Below, one piece after another: positions 38,171-54,461 of a DNA stretch of 64,000 nt (the first letter of the stretch is position 1; the number at the start of each line of letters is the position of its first letter). The stretch is from NCBI GenBank assembly GCA_951406725.2, contig OX597814.1, positions 142,662,001 through 142,726,000 on the forward strand, given 5' to 3'. This DNA is from Octopus vulgaris. Taxonomy: Eukaryota. The notes under the pieces were generated by a model that saw only the letters and a list, made by a program, of their open reading frames with translations, was not told the origin of the DNA and searched no databases. The position numbers were made by a program, and so were the translations under genes.

Positions 38171-38401
38171 TCTCAGTGACCACAATGTCCAATTTTTCAT
38201 CATCATCATCATCGTTTAATGTCTGTTTTCCATGCTAGCATGGGTTGGACAGTTCGACTGGGGTCTGGGAAGCCAGGTGCAGCCTCCTGGCTTCCCAGAC
38301 CCCGGTTGAACCGTCCAACCCATGCTAGCATGGAAAACGGACATTAAACGATGATGATGATGATGATGATGACAAAAAATTGGACATTGTGGTCACTGAG
38401 A
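38171..38401. repeat. Long near-perfect inverted repeat (fold-back) made of a family A tail plus unique flank
   Basis: Arms 38171-38277 and 38286-38401, with an 8-nt loop TGCAGCCT. Confidence 0.92.
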
Positions 38402-40626
38402 AAGTATGCTTTGAGAAAGATTTGACTGCTATTTCAGCAAAGCAAGTGACCACATCAAAATCCACCTACATGCTTGATTTCTTGCAGTTTATAGCTGCAT
38501 TTCACTGTCATAAGTACAATTTTCAAAATTTCTCCATTTCATCTAACAACTTATTGATTTCAACAAAACCTTATTCATATGGAGTCAAATGTTTTTGAGT
38601 GTCCTCCTTGAAAACTCATGTTCATAGATCATGTTGAGAAGCATCAGATTGCAAACCTCTTTTATGCTTTTGGTCAAAATACTGTAGCAGTGGCGCTTCA
38701 GTCAGTGCCATTCATCCTTTTAGCATTCAGATTACTCTGTCGAATGTTATGTTTAATTATTCCCATTGTTTTGTATAAACTATGTAGCTTTGGTGGAGGC
38801 ACGTGGCTTAATGGTTAGGATGTCAGCACCATAAGCGTAAGACTGTGGTTTCAATTCCTGGACCGGGCGATGCATTGTGTTCTTGAGCAAAACACTTCAT
38901 TTCACGTTGCTCCAGTCCACTCAGCTGGCAAAAATGAGTAACGCTGCGATGGACTGGCATCCCATACGCCATGGAAACCGGGCCCATCAGCCTGGCTAGG
39001 CTTTAAAAGGGCGCATTTATTGTTTATTTATGTAGCCTTGAGATTTTGATGATGTGATTGTTTAGTTTTAGAATAGCTTCCAAGGATAAGTGCGAGAGGC
39101 CAGATCTGTCCAGTTTGAAGATAAAACAGGTACAATATTTGGGTTGGATATGACCAGTATAAATACTAAAGAGTTAATGCCGTTCTCTTTCTGAGACCAT
39201 TCCACAGTGAAATTCATTCTTGCCATTGTCTTTAAGAAATTAACTCTGAAAGATTTGATGCAAACATTTGGACTAAATTGACAAACAGTTTGCTTGTCTG
39301 TTAGGCACAAGCATGGCTAGGCATGTAAAGGCAGAATGATTACTGCTAAAGTTCTTTTATTCAGCCATTTGTCTCCTTGATCAGAGCAGACCTGGAGGTG
39401 AAATCAACAAAAGTATCCAGTATAGCTTTGATACATGGATATTCTAACATCTGGTCAACCAGTTGCTAGTTGTCTGCAGATTGACTGATTCTAAAATATG
39501 CCATATATAGTAAGCATTATTTTCCGTAGTCTGTTTGTTGTTGTTGTTGTTATTGTTACAGCTGTTTCAATGGCTCTTTGTTTAATATATTTGTTTTCAC
39601 CTATTTGTACTAATCTGAGTCTCTTTTGATAAGTACTCCTATTGTTCTATGTTATTGTTATACCATAATTCTTATAGCAAAGGCAGTGGCTTAGTGGTTA
39701 GGGTATTCGGTTCACAATCATGAGATTGTGAGTGCAATTCCTGGTGGCGCATTGTGTCCCTGAGCAAGACGCTTTATTTCACTTTGCTCCAGTCCACTCA
39801 GCCAGCAAAAATGAGTAGTACCTGTATTTCAAAGGACCAGCTTTATCACATTCTGTGGCATACTGAATCTCCCTGAGAACTATGTTAAGGGTACACATGC
39901 AGAGTGGAGTGCTTGACCACTGGCATGTAAATTTCACAAGCAGACTGTTCCATTGATCACATCAACTGGAACCCTTGTCATCGTAACTGACAGAGTGTCA
40001 GTTATAATTCTTATATGCAATAGAAATAGTAATGTGATAGAAATCTGATAATACTTATAATTTTCATTAGAAGTTGGTCCTTGTTCCATACTTTTCGTTA
40101 CTTGTAGTACAAATGTCTTGTTTTCATAAGTTTTGAATTAAAATCTTCCACCAAACCTTAGTCACAACTTATGTTCCTAATACTAGTTGAATGATAACTA
40201 AGTTATTTTACTAAATTCTTTGTTATATTTAAAGTAATTGAAAGAAACAGAGCATCTCAAAATAAATACAGTAACGAAAGGGTTAAATATGTCATCTTTT
40301 CAAGCTCATATACCTATAAGTTAATATCAAAGGATAATTTTATTCATCAATATCACACTTCTGACACCAAGTAAAGTATTTAGAATAACAGCAATGTCTC
40401 CAGTAAGAACTTAAAAATCAAGGACCAATACATTCTTTCCAATAACATATATTTATGCTATGGCTTACAACTGCCAATTTCGTATGTCAATTTGCATATT
40501 ATTGTGTTGTGTTTGACTTCTCATTTAGCTTTACATTCCAGCCAAAACTATTCTTTCTTCCTTTCTTTGGTATCTTTTATCTTTTACTTGTTTCAATCAT
40601 TAGACTATGACCATGCTGTGGCATTG

Positions 40627-40945
40627 CCCTCAGAAATTCCAGGTTGGAAGAATGGGCCCACAGAAATTCTAGGTTTGTAGCACAGGCTTTCAGAAATTCC
40701 AGGTTGATAGCACAGGCCCTCAGAAATTCCAGGTTTATAGCGCAGGCCCTCAGAAATTCCAGGTTGATAGCACAAGCTCTCAGAAATTCCAGGTTTGTAG
40801 CACAGGCCCTCAGAAATTCCAGGTTGATAGCACAGGCTCTCAGAAATTCAAGGTTTGTAGCACAAGCCCTCAGAAATTCCAGGTTGATAGCACAGGCTCT
40901 CAGAAATTCCAGGTTTGTAGCACAGACCTTCAGAAATTTCAGATG
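40627..40945 (+). repeat. 30-bp minisatellite (CCCTCAGAAATTCCAGGTTGATAGCACAGG), about 10.5 units
   Basis: Exact 30-bp period, so the units align in columns across 60-nt lines. Confidence 0.95.
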
Positions 40946-42834
40946 TTTGGCATGCTGGAAGAGCACTTGAAGTGAGGCACCCGTTAGCTTTTGTTAAAGC
41001 ATGTCTCTAGAACCCACTTCAAACTCAGGTTACATCTGCTCCAGTGACTTTATCAGTGAATCCTCTGCAATGGTCAGCAGTCAATGGAAAGATGAGCCCT
41101 TTATGGATCACACTATCCCAAAGTGTGTATGCATGTAACCGAGGACCACATGCAAATTTGTACTCCCACTGAAACTCCAAACTTGAACTTTACATCTCAA
41201 CAGCAAATGATGATTATAGCTATGGTATCCACATTATCTGATGCAATTACAGCCTCGACTGCGGCTGTCCGTCAGATGTGGTCAGTATTCATGAGGGACA
41301 TAGTGAATTCTTTATTAGGAGCCAGCTCAACCCATCCTGAGTGAATGCCACCTCAAGTAAAGTTGTACCACCTTGAAGGGTTTAGTAAAACAAATCAACC
41401 TCAGTATTTCTTTTTTTTTTTTTAAAGCCGGGTACTTATTCTATCAGTCTGTTTTGATGAACTGCTAAGTAGAGTTCATCAAAATGTAAGGAATGTAGAG
41501 ATGTAAATAAACCAACATTTTTCTAAATTAAATTCTGTTTGGTTTACTTATTTTAAGATGGAGTGGATTTAAGACTAAAAGGAACTCTATTTCTAGCAGA
41601 CTGAGTGACTGTGTTAAGATTCTTGATGGCCTAAATTCTGTCTCTCCACAACAAATCACAAACTAAAAATTCTAAAAAAAAACCCCACAAAATAGCCCAC
41701 AGCTCACCAACACAAGGGCACAAAATACTTAACATGGAGGTTCACCTGGACATGGATGATGCACTGTTTAGTGTTGCAGTCAGCTTAAATTGACAGAGTC
41801 TCATTAAGAGCCAGCCATCACTTGGTAACATGTACCATGCTTTTGTTAATTGTTTCAGGTGCCTGTGTAGTTGTGAGCAGACAGAAACACGCTTTCAACT
41901 CTCATCCTTCGACTGAGTGGCATGTGTGGAGGGACATGGCTTAGTGGTTAGGGTGCTGGACTCATGATTGTAAGATTGTGGTTTTGATTCCTGGACCAGG
42001 TAATGTATTGTGTTCTTGAGCAAGACACTTCATTTCACATTGCTCCAGTCCACTCACCTGGCAAAAATGAGTAATCCTGCAATGGAGTGGCAAAATGTCC
42101 AGGTGGAAGTCACTCAGGCAGGATCTTTAAGTGGTGTGTCTAGGATATGACAGCTAGATGAGAAAGAGAGTTGCACCAGTGCTGGGTTGGTAATCCTTTT
42201 CAACTGAATAGATCATAGCTATGTGAAATAAATTGCTTTGTTCAAGAACACAATGCAGTGCTTAATCCAGAAACTAAACGCATGAAACTGATTGTGAGCT
42301 GAACATCCCTAACCACCGGGATATGTGCCTTGACTCTACAGCCCCATTGTAATTTCAATTGCCTTAAAACACTCAGACATGCTTACAACACTCCTAAATA
42401 CCACCCTAAAACCCCTATCTCTTCTATTTAATTGTATACTTGGATGTCCTAGGAGAGAAAACGGTGGTCCTGACCTCTCATTATGACCCTCTTCTTTCCA
42501 TTTCCAGCTAGGGTAGCCATATACCTCCTCTACAGTAAGACACTTGTTCTCGCTCCTTATCCTTTTCTACTCTAGGCACAAGGCCTGAAATTTCGAGGGA
42601 GTGGGGCAGTCGATAGATCAACTCCTGTATGCAATTGGTACTTAATTTATCAACTCCGAAAGAATGAAAGGCAAAGTCAACCTTGGTGGAATTTCAACAC
42701 AGAATATAAAGACAGACAAAAGTATGATCTCAAGCTCAAATTCACAGCCTCCACATCAGCCTGTATTTGGTGGTGAGAACGTGCCAAGGCCCTCGTCCTG
42801 CTTTGGACTGAATATGGGCAAGCCAATCCAACAT

Positions 42835-42866
<32 letters not shown>

Positions 42867-44797
42867 TATATACATACATTTGTATACATATGTGTCTGTG
42901 TGTATACCAGTTGAACACTGGGGTTGATGTATTTAACTTAAGTACTCGTGGATAAGAGTATAAAAGCTTATATTGAGCCAGTATAGCAGAGTAGGCTCAT
43001 CAAACCAGTATGATCACAAGCTCAAATTCAGAGCCACCACATCTGACCATGGTTGGTGGAGAGAACATGCTGAGGCCTTTATCCTGCAGTGAACTGAGCA
43101 TAGGCAATCCAATCCAAAGATGATATGGAATATGGATGATGAAAATGATAATAGATTGAGCTGGAAGAATTTATCAAGATGCCAGTATTACAACTGGTTG
43201 TTTTAACAAACGAGCACTCTCTATCCTATATCTATCATTTCTAGTTTGATTGCCTTCACAGTAGCAGAGAAGCACAATGTCTTTTCTTTCACGTAGCTGG
43301 TAAATGAGATGCAAAGGGAGACAACAAACAAGCAAAATAAATTTTTACATCCAGCAGAAAAATAAAAACACAAAAGATCATATGTTTCTTTTTTTTTTAA
43401 TATCATATATTTATTTCTAATATTTATCCATTCGGTCATTTATATGTTTCTGTATGTATGTACACAAACACATGCATTTGCAAGTGTGTATATATAATAT
43501 ATTTATATATATATATATGCATACACTCAAAGATTGATATAGTTTACCTTCACATACACACACAGGTTTATCTAATAGGACATATTTACAAGATATCTGT
43601 AGTTTTCTTTTAGAAAACGCACAGTAAATTTCTTGACTAAAAGAAGTGTTCATCTTTTGTTTCTTTTATTATTTTTTTTTTAACTTTTTTTTTGTTTTGC
43701 AATAAATAAAAACAAAGAACCACAAACAAAGTTATTTTCATAACACCCATTTGTCATTTGTTAATGTGAAAATTTTTCAACTGGGAGAAGAAAGATAGAG
43801 ATAGAAGGATAGGTTTTAACAACAAAATATCTTATAGTCAAGAAAGGTGGTAGTGGTGGTGGTGGTGGGGAATGGGTATAAAACACTTTGACACATGTTT
43901 GTATATGTGAATGTATAAATATATCAAAGTTCTGTGTAAATATATTGAAATTCTGTATAAATAAATATGATATACTTTACATTAAAGAAAATTTATTAAA
44001 AAAAAAAAGAAGAATCCAGTCTTAAGTGTGAAATAACTTTTAGATAGATGTATAATAATTTTGTCGATATAGACAGTACTATATCCTTATCTAGGATACA
44101 TGATAAAAAATATTTTAAATATGTTTAGAAATAAAAGAAAACAAAATTATTACTAATGTTTTCCCTTAACACTTTTTAACTACTGAAATATTACAAAAAA
44201 AAAATGTATAATATATATTATATATATATTTATATAAGTCTATGTTGGATGAAATCAAAAGGCGCCAGTATTCATATAGCTAAATCATTCACCATTCTTA
44301 TTTATAATCCATTATATCTCAGAAATTCTTGAGGATTCTTCCCATCCAGAATACATTCTCTCCAAAAGAAGTTGGCAGACAAGTGGTGGTGGTGGTAGTG
44401 GTGATAGTAGTAGTAGTAGTAGTAGAAGTAGTAGTAGAAACAGAGGTTAAGAATGAAGGTTAGTAATGAAATGGAGAATAATGTATAAAAGATCCAAGAT
44501 AAAGATAATAGTGTGCGTGGGCATGCATGTGAACGGAATGGGTGGGTGGGTGGTTGGGTTTAGTACATGTATTTCTTAAAATAGCAATAGAGCAAAATGC
44601 AAGAAGCTATGGGTTGTGAGTCGGAACAAATACTACATTTACTCAGAGATTGCCAAGTTAGGTCGTGCGGGATGTAAAAAATAATCCACTTATTTTTCAT
44701 GAAAGGAAATATTAATTTATGAATCTAATTTACGTCCACAATAGATTAGTAAAAATCTGTTAATTGATAGATTATTTAATTGTATTTTATCATCATC

Positions 44798-48224
<3,427 letters not shown>

Positions 48225-49921
48225 CATTAGTAACCAATAATGAGGAACCTAATCAATAAGCTTGAAGCAATTAAAGATATATTGCAGCTTCTAAGTGTGT
48301 TGTTACAAACTTAAACTTGAATCTAGAATTATTAGTAAAGAAATCAGTGCCAAAACGAGAAACGTTTATCATTAATTAGACTGAGAAATTTAAAATGTTT
48401 GCAGTATTTCTACAACCTTTCAGTGAGATGCTAACCAAATAATCACTAACCGAAAACTAGAGACGGCGGAAATTTTGTTCAAATTAATAGACTGTTACTT
48501 TTATTGTCATTGTCAAGTGTTTAAGAAGGTCTCCTTCTCAGTCATAAGGTTCCGAGATCAATACCACTGCGTGACACCTTGGGCACGTTTTTCTACCATA
48601 GTCATGGGTTGACACAAGCCTTGTGAATGAAATTAGGTAAACAGAGACTGTGTGGAAACTCATCAGGTGGAGTGTACCCGCAAATTCGAAGGCCGGTTTT
48701 GTTACACACACAAAGCATCACGCTGATTCTGCCTGAAGATTTACATTAAGGATACAAGTGGCTGTGGAATGTTCAGCCACCTACACTATTACACAATGAG
48801 TACAGAGCTCCACTGATTGGACAAGTGGAACTGTAATTTATTGAAGTTGACACAAGATCCATTCATTCATATCAAGGAATAAGTTTTGATCATTATTGAA
48901 ACTTACTAGTGTAACTGTTTCAACAATTTGCAAACCGGTTTGTTTTGTTTTTGTTTTTTCCCAAATTGAATGAGAAAAGACATATACTATTAGTTTCCAA
49001 ATGCATACATGTAAAAAAAACATTATGTCTGGGGTAACTAGCTAGCCTCATTACATAGATATTAAAAGAGATTCTCTGTTATACAGTTCCTCCTTTATAA
49101 CAAACATACTAGTACAAAGAAAGAAAAATGAGGTAAGGTTAAAAAAAAAAATTAATAAAATAGAGGGTTTCAGAAATACAGAAAATTTGCATTGATTATC
49201 TTTTAAATGGAAAAATAATTAATAATTTCAAGCTCAAACAGATTTGACTAAAACAGAGAAACATTGTTTTACTTTATGTATTTTATGTGAGAGAAAAAAA
49301 AATTGTGTTCAATTAGATGAAAGGATCACACAGGGATGGAAAAAAAAAATGAACGAAAATGAGGGTAGCTTACACCTTGGTGACATATATCACTCTCCTC
49401 CTACCTTTCGAGGCTGGATCACAAATAGTCAAAAGCTTAAGGGAAATAAGAGATGTTGGGGATGAGCACACCATTTGAGGCACACATATGCACAATCAAT
49501 TTAATGAGGCACAGATCTGTGATACAAGAAAAGGCTTGAAATATGTGAAACAAAGTGGAAATTGAATACAAAATGACTCTACTATTAATCAAGTAGGTCA
49601 GACACAACCCTTAAAAATTGCTGCTCTGGAACTACTTTGATACAATTTGCAATTTGAACATAGAATTGTTGGTTTATTTTTCATTTATATACCTCTTTGT
49701 TTTTGCTTTTTTTGCTTTTTTAAATATAAACATCATAACTTCCATCATCTTTTATCACCTTTAAACAACTCATAATCATTTTGAAAACAGCTTTTGAAAA
49801 CATTAGCATAGCTCTCCAAATAAAATTACTATGTCCATTATAATTTTTACTACAGATAATTTTTCTTTCTTTTTATAAATCATTGTAATTTTAAAGTTTG
49901 ACATAAATTTCACATAGTTAT

Positions 49922-51625
49922 TTAAGATGTTTGGGCCACATCTCTAGGTGTTGATGGTTTTATTTTAGCTAAAAGCTTTGATGAAAGTGGTGATAGGGAT
50001 TGCAGGGGAGGAGAAGTGGAACAACAATGGTTAACATTTTTGTTGGTTTTGTTATAGTTGGATGGTGGTGGAATTGGAGAGGGAAGGGAACAAGCTGGAG
50101 ATGAAGAATATATTTTTGGAGCTTGAATAGAAGGCAGAGTTGAATTGGAGCCAAGATTCAGTAGATGGTCTTTATCATGGATCAGCAAACACGTTGCAAG
50201 AATTTTATTTGGTTCACTCACTGTTATAGTAAACTTTGAAACACCAGTGTTCGGAGACACACGTAGAGCATGGCTTTTACCACCGGGAAATTTACATTCA
50301 AGTTCATCGATAAAAATTCGAATGAGTTCTTTTAAAAATCCCCCATGGCTAACAATTAAGACGTCAGCTATACTTTGATGGCAGCTATCTCCATCATCAA
50401 AACTACTGCTACGACCAGAGCTCATACTGGAGAAGTTAGAGTGGCGATGTTCGAGTAGAGGAGAGAGCGATACATTGGGACAGCCATGCTTTGTTGTCTT
50501 TGGACATGGGATGCTCCCTCGAACCTCAGCATCTGTAACTGGTACTGTGAAAGGAGAGTCATAGCAGGAATCAGAATTCTTAAAACAAAAATCGTCGTCG
50601 TCGTCATCGTCATCATCGTCGTCATCATCATCATCACCTTCATTATCAAGAGTATCTTCATATTCATCATCCAAATGAGCTGTGATACTATTGTCATCAG
50701 AATCTAGTGTCTCACTCTCCTCCTGGAGACTGGAGAAACCAGAACTACTTGATGAGTTTGACCTTTTCATGTTTCCTCCAAGGTTACCATTCCCATTGCT
50801 AGTATTTGATGCACCATCAGTATGATCAACAATATTGCTGTCATTAGTAGAGGTTCTATTATTATTATTATTGTTTAACCTAATATCACCGGGTTTTGCA
50901 ATACCAGACCCAATGGCTGAATTTACACCATTGGATCCAGTATGATTGGGGTTAACATTATTGGCTCCTTTGTCCAAAAGCGTTACAGGCAAAGAGTTTT
51001 TTGATACTCTTGCTGTTTCAACCACAACCAAAGAGGAAGAAACTGAGTTAATAGATGCACTGTTTTTATTTTCAGGCTTTGCTATTATATCATTTTCACA
51101 GCCATCATTCAGTTCGGTGTTATTACTTTCCAAAGATGACAAAGAATTCCTTGTTCCTGCAGATACTGCCGGAGTACATCCATCGTTACAGTTCTTATTT
51201 CTGCTACTGCTATTTGTCAATTCCTGAACTGAAGAAATCGTCCCAGAACTTTTATTAGAATTTACAGTGATTCCTTGATCGCTGAGAGTTGCTGGGACAG
51301 AATGCTTTATTCTGCTGCTGCTCTTTTCACTTACGATTCCAATTTCCAGCTTTGAATTTGGGTTGTTGTGATGCTTAGCATGTGTGTGTCTTCTCCGCTT
51401 GTGTTCACTATCATCGTAAGCTGCAGTCGTTATCACTGGTTTTATATTTACTGAGCAATCAGTCTGATCAGTTTTAGGCTGTTCATGCTCTTGTTTTGTA
51501 CTATTGATTGCATCTATATAGCGGCGCTTAATTGGTGCAGGTACATAATTGCCATCTTCTACCTGGCTGCTTTTACGTATTTGATCACACAAATCTTTGA
51601 AGAATGATTTTGCCCTTTCTTGCAT
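49922..51625 (-). CDS. TIGAR: TIGAR-like, terminal exon (567 codons) with a large low-complexity insertion
   Basis: Polypyrimidine tract plus TAG acceptor immediately before 51625. Starts MQERAKSFFKDLCDQI (cf. VKMRGIDFFEFLCQLI), later IADVLIVSHGGFLKELI...VSPNTGVSKFTI...CLLIHDKDHL (second catalytic His). TAA stop at 49922. Confidence 0.9.
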   Translation of the reverse strand: MQERAKSFFKDLCDQIRKSSQVEDGNYVPAPIKRRYIDAINSTKQEHEQPKTDQTDCSVNIKPVITTAAYDDSEHKRRRHTHAKHHNNPNSKLEIGIVSEKSSSRIKHSVPATLSDQGITVNSNKSSGTISSVQELTNSSSRNKNCNDGCTPAVSAGTRNSLSSLESNNTELNDGCENDIIAKPENKNSASINSVSSSLVVVETARVSKNSLPVTLLDKGANNVNPNHTGSNGVNSAIGSGIAKPGDIRLNNNNNNRTSTNDSNIVDHTDGASNTSNGNGNLGGNMKRSNSSSSSGFSSLQEESETLDSDDNSITAHLDDEYEDTLDNEGDDDDDDDDDDDDDDDFCFKNSDSCYDSPFTVPVTDAEVRGSIPCPKTTKHGCPNVSLSPLLEHRHSNFSSMSSGRSSSFDDGDSCHQSIADVLIVSHGGFLKELIRIFIDELECKFPGGKSHALRVSPNTGVSKFTITVSEPNKILATCLLIHDKDHLLNLGSNSTLPSIQAPKIYSSSPACSLPSPIPPPSNYNKTNKNVNHCCSTSPPLQSLSPLSSKLLAKIKPSTPRDVAQTS

Positions 51626-53442
51626 CTAAAACAAAAAAAAAAAAGATATATTCAGTAAAACAATGCTTTAATAAAATGGTACTAATTGGAAAAACCAATT
51701 ATAAATTATATAAAAGTGTCTTTTAGTCAGTATGTATAAATCACTTTAGAATGTATCTTCCACAAAATTATTACAATAAAAATCAGGATCTAAAGAAGAA
51801 ATTATTACATGCCAACTAAACTAGTGAATGAAAATGTTTTAAGCTCTTTATATAAACATCTTGACAGATTTATTAATATTTTGGTTAACACTTAAAACTG
51901 ATAATATTTTTAAAATCTTTTTCAGTCCAAGAGAAAGGACAAACCTCCCATGACCCATTACAAAGCCTTAGGAGAGGAGGGAAGATATCCTAAAACAAGA
52001 AACCTAACTTGGATGCTTGCTACTGAGTGAATCCTGCAAGAAGTATGAAATGTGCCCAGTAGTGGAGGCATGTGGCTTAGTGGTTAGGGTGTTGGACTTG
52101 TGATCCTAAGACAGTGGTTTCAATTCCTGGACAGGACAACAAATTGTATTCTTAAGCAAAATACTTTATTTCACATTGTTCCAGTCCACTCAGCTAGCAA
52201 AGGTGAGTAATCTGGTGACAGACTAACATCCCATCCAGGGAGAAATATATATGCCACAGAAATTGGCTCTGAGTCTATGACTCTGGAAGGATCTTTTTAC
52301 CTTTTTATCATCATCTGCCAAGTAGGGGTGTTAAATTTAGCAATGGAGTGGATGGGGTTTTGTAATCTTCTCTTCTACATGGATTACAAGAACATCTTGC
52401 TTGTACATTTCATTTTGGGCATGGTTTCTACAATGAGATGCTCTTTCTAACACCAACCATTTTACAAGGAGCACTGAGTGCATTTATCATGGCACCAGCA
52501 TCTGAGAGGTTACCATGTCCATTTTGAGACCAAAGAGTCCTCTTGACATTACACTACCTCTGCTTATTTGCCAACCTTTTTACAAATTGTAATTCAACAC
52601 TTGCTGACAGTTTGACAGGAGCTGGTAAGCCAGATTATTGTGCCAAGTTCCACTATCTACTTTAGCATGGTTTTATGGCTGGATGCCCTTCCTAATGCCA
52701 ACCACCACCATCATCATCATCATAGTTTAACGTCCGCATTCCATGCTGGCATGAGTTGGACGGTTTGACTGAGGCCTGGCAAGCCTGGAGGCTGCACCAG
52801 GCTTCAATCTGATCTGGCAATGTTTCTACGGCTGGATGCCCTTCGTAACGCCAACCACTCTGAGAGCGTAGTGGGTGCTTTTTACATGCTACTGGCACAG
52901 GAGTCAGCCAGTCAGGGGGCACTGGCATCGACCACGTTCACATAGTGCTTTTTACATGCTACAAGCACAGAGAGCCAATCAGGCAGCACTGACATCAACT
53001 CACACTCAAATGGTGCTTATTACATGCCACCAGCATGGGTACCAGTCAGGCGGCACTGGCCTCAACTACAATTTCATTTGACTCAACAGATCTCTCAAGC
53101 ACATCATATTGCCTGACACTTCAAGGGTACTTTCTTTTAAATGGGCCACTGGCATCGGCCATGGCTGCTATCTCACTTTACTTGCCGGGCCTTCTCAATC
53201 ACAGAATATCTCCAACTACTTTACAGATTTTTTTTTTCTTTTTATATGTGGTACCAGCATCGGTGAAGTCCACTTTCACATGGTTTTTATGACTGGATTC
53301 CCTTCCTAACACCAACCACTATACAAAGTAGAATGGGATACTTTTTACGTGACACCAGCCTTATTAATATTCTTATGAAAAGTTTTCTTTTGTAATTTCA
53401 TATAAGTTTCTGCTGCACCCACTGGTGTAGCTTTGTGTTCCT

Positions 53443-53481
<39 letters not shown>

Positions 53482-54461
53482 AACATTGTGTTATTATTTT
53501 TGTGGGGGTTTGAAGAATGTTTTATTATGGGGTTCAGTTTCTTGTTTCTTTATTGCCCACAAGGGGCTAAACATAGAGGGGACAAACAAGAGCAGACAAA
53601 GGGATTAAGTCAATTACATCGACCCCAGTGCGTAACTGGTACTTAATTTATCAACCCCGAAAGGACGAAAGGCAAAGTCGACCTTGGCAGAATTTGAACT
53701 CAAAACGTAACGGCAGACGAAATACCACTAAGCATTTCCCCCGGCATGCTAATGTTTCTGCCAGCTCGCCACCCTTGTTTCTTGCTATATTAGCATATGT
53801 TCTGTGTATAATGCGAGTTGTGTTACTTTATTGAGCCTTAATCTAGTGGTTAGGGTGGTGCACTCACGATCATGGTTTCAATTCCTAGACCAGGTGGTGT
53901 GTTGTGTTCTTGAGTAAAATACTTCATCTCATATTGCCCTATGATCACTTTGACACCTGATACGTGGCAAACTGTGCACTTGCTCCGGCAATGTTAATTT
54001 GATGGAAGGAGCAAGCTAATGTACAACACATACATTTGATCACTACAAACAAATCATTTGTGCAGGTCGTTCGGCAAAAGCTGAATGCTCGTACATCGTC
54101 TTCGATGGGGTATTCTGTCATCATTATTATTAGTTTATGTGTTGGTGTCACATAAAAAGCACTCAAGCCAATACCATGTAAAAGTGCTTGTGCCATTGGT
54201 ACATTAAAAGCACCCAGCACACACTGTAAAGTGGTTGGCATTAGGAAGGGCATCCAGCTGTGGAAGCCAAGCCAAATCAAACTGGAGTCTGGTGCAGCTT
54301 CCCAGCATGCCAGCTCTGGTCAAACAGCCCAACCCATGCCAGCATGGACAACAGGCATTAAAGGATGATGATGGTAATTGATGATTAATGATAATGATGA
54401 GTGATATGATGATGGTGATTATTATTATTATTATTATTAATGACTTATGTAAAAGAATTAC

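Noticed and set aside
40577-40970. Repeat-protein-like ORFs on both strands, and a superficial CRISPR-like periodicity
   Set aside because: This is a head-to-tail 30-bp minisatellite with no unique spacers, in a eukaryotic context with no cas genes.
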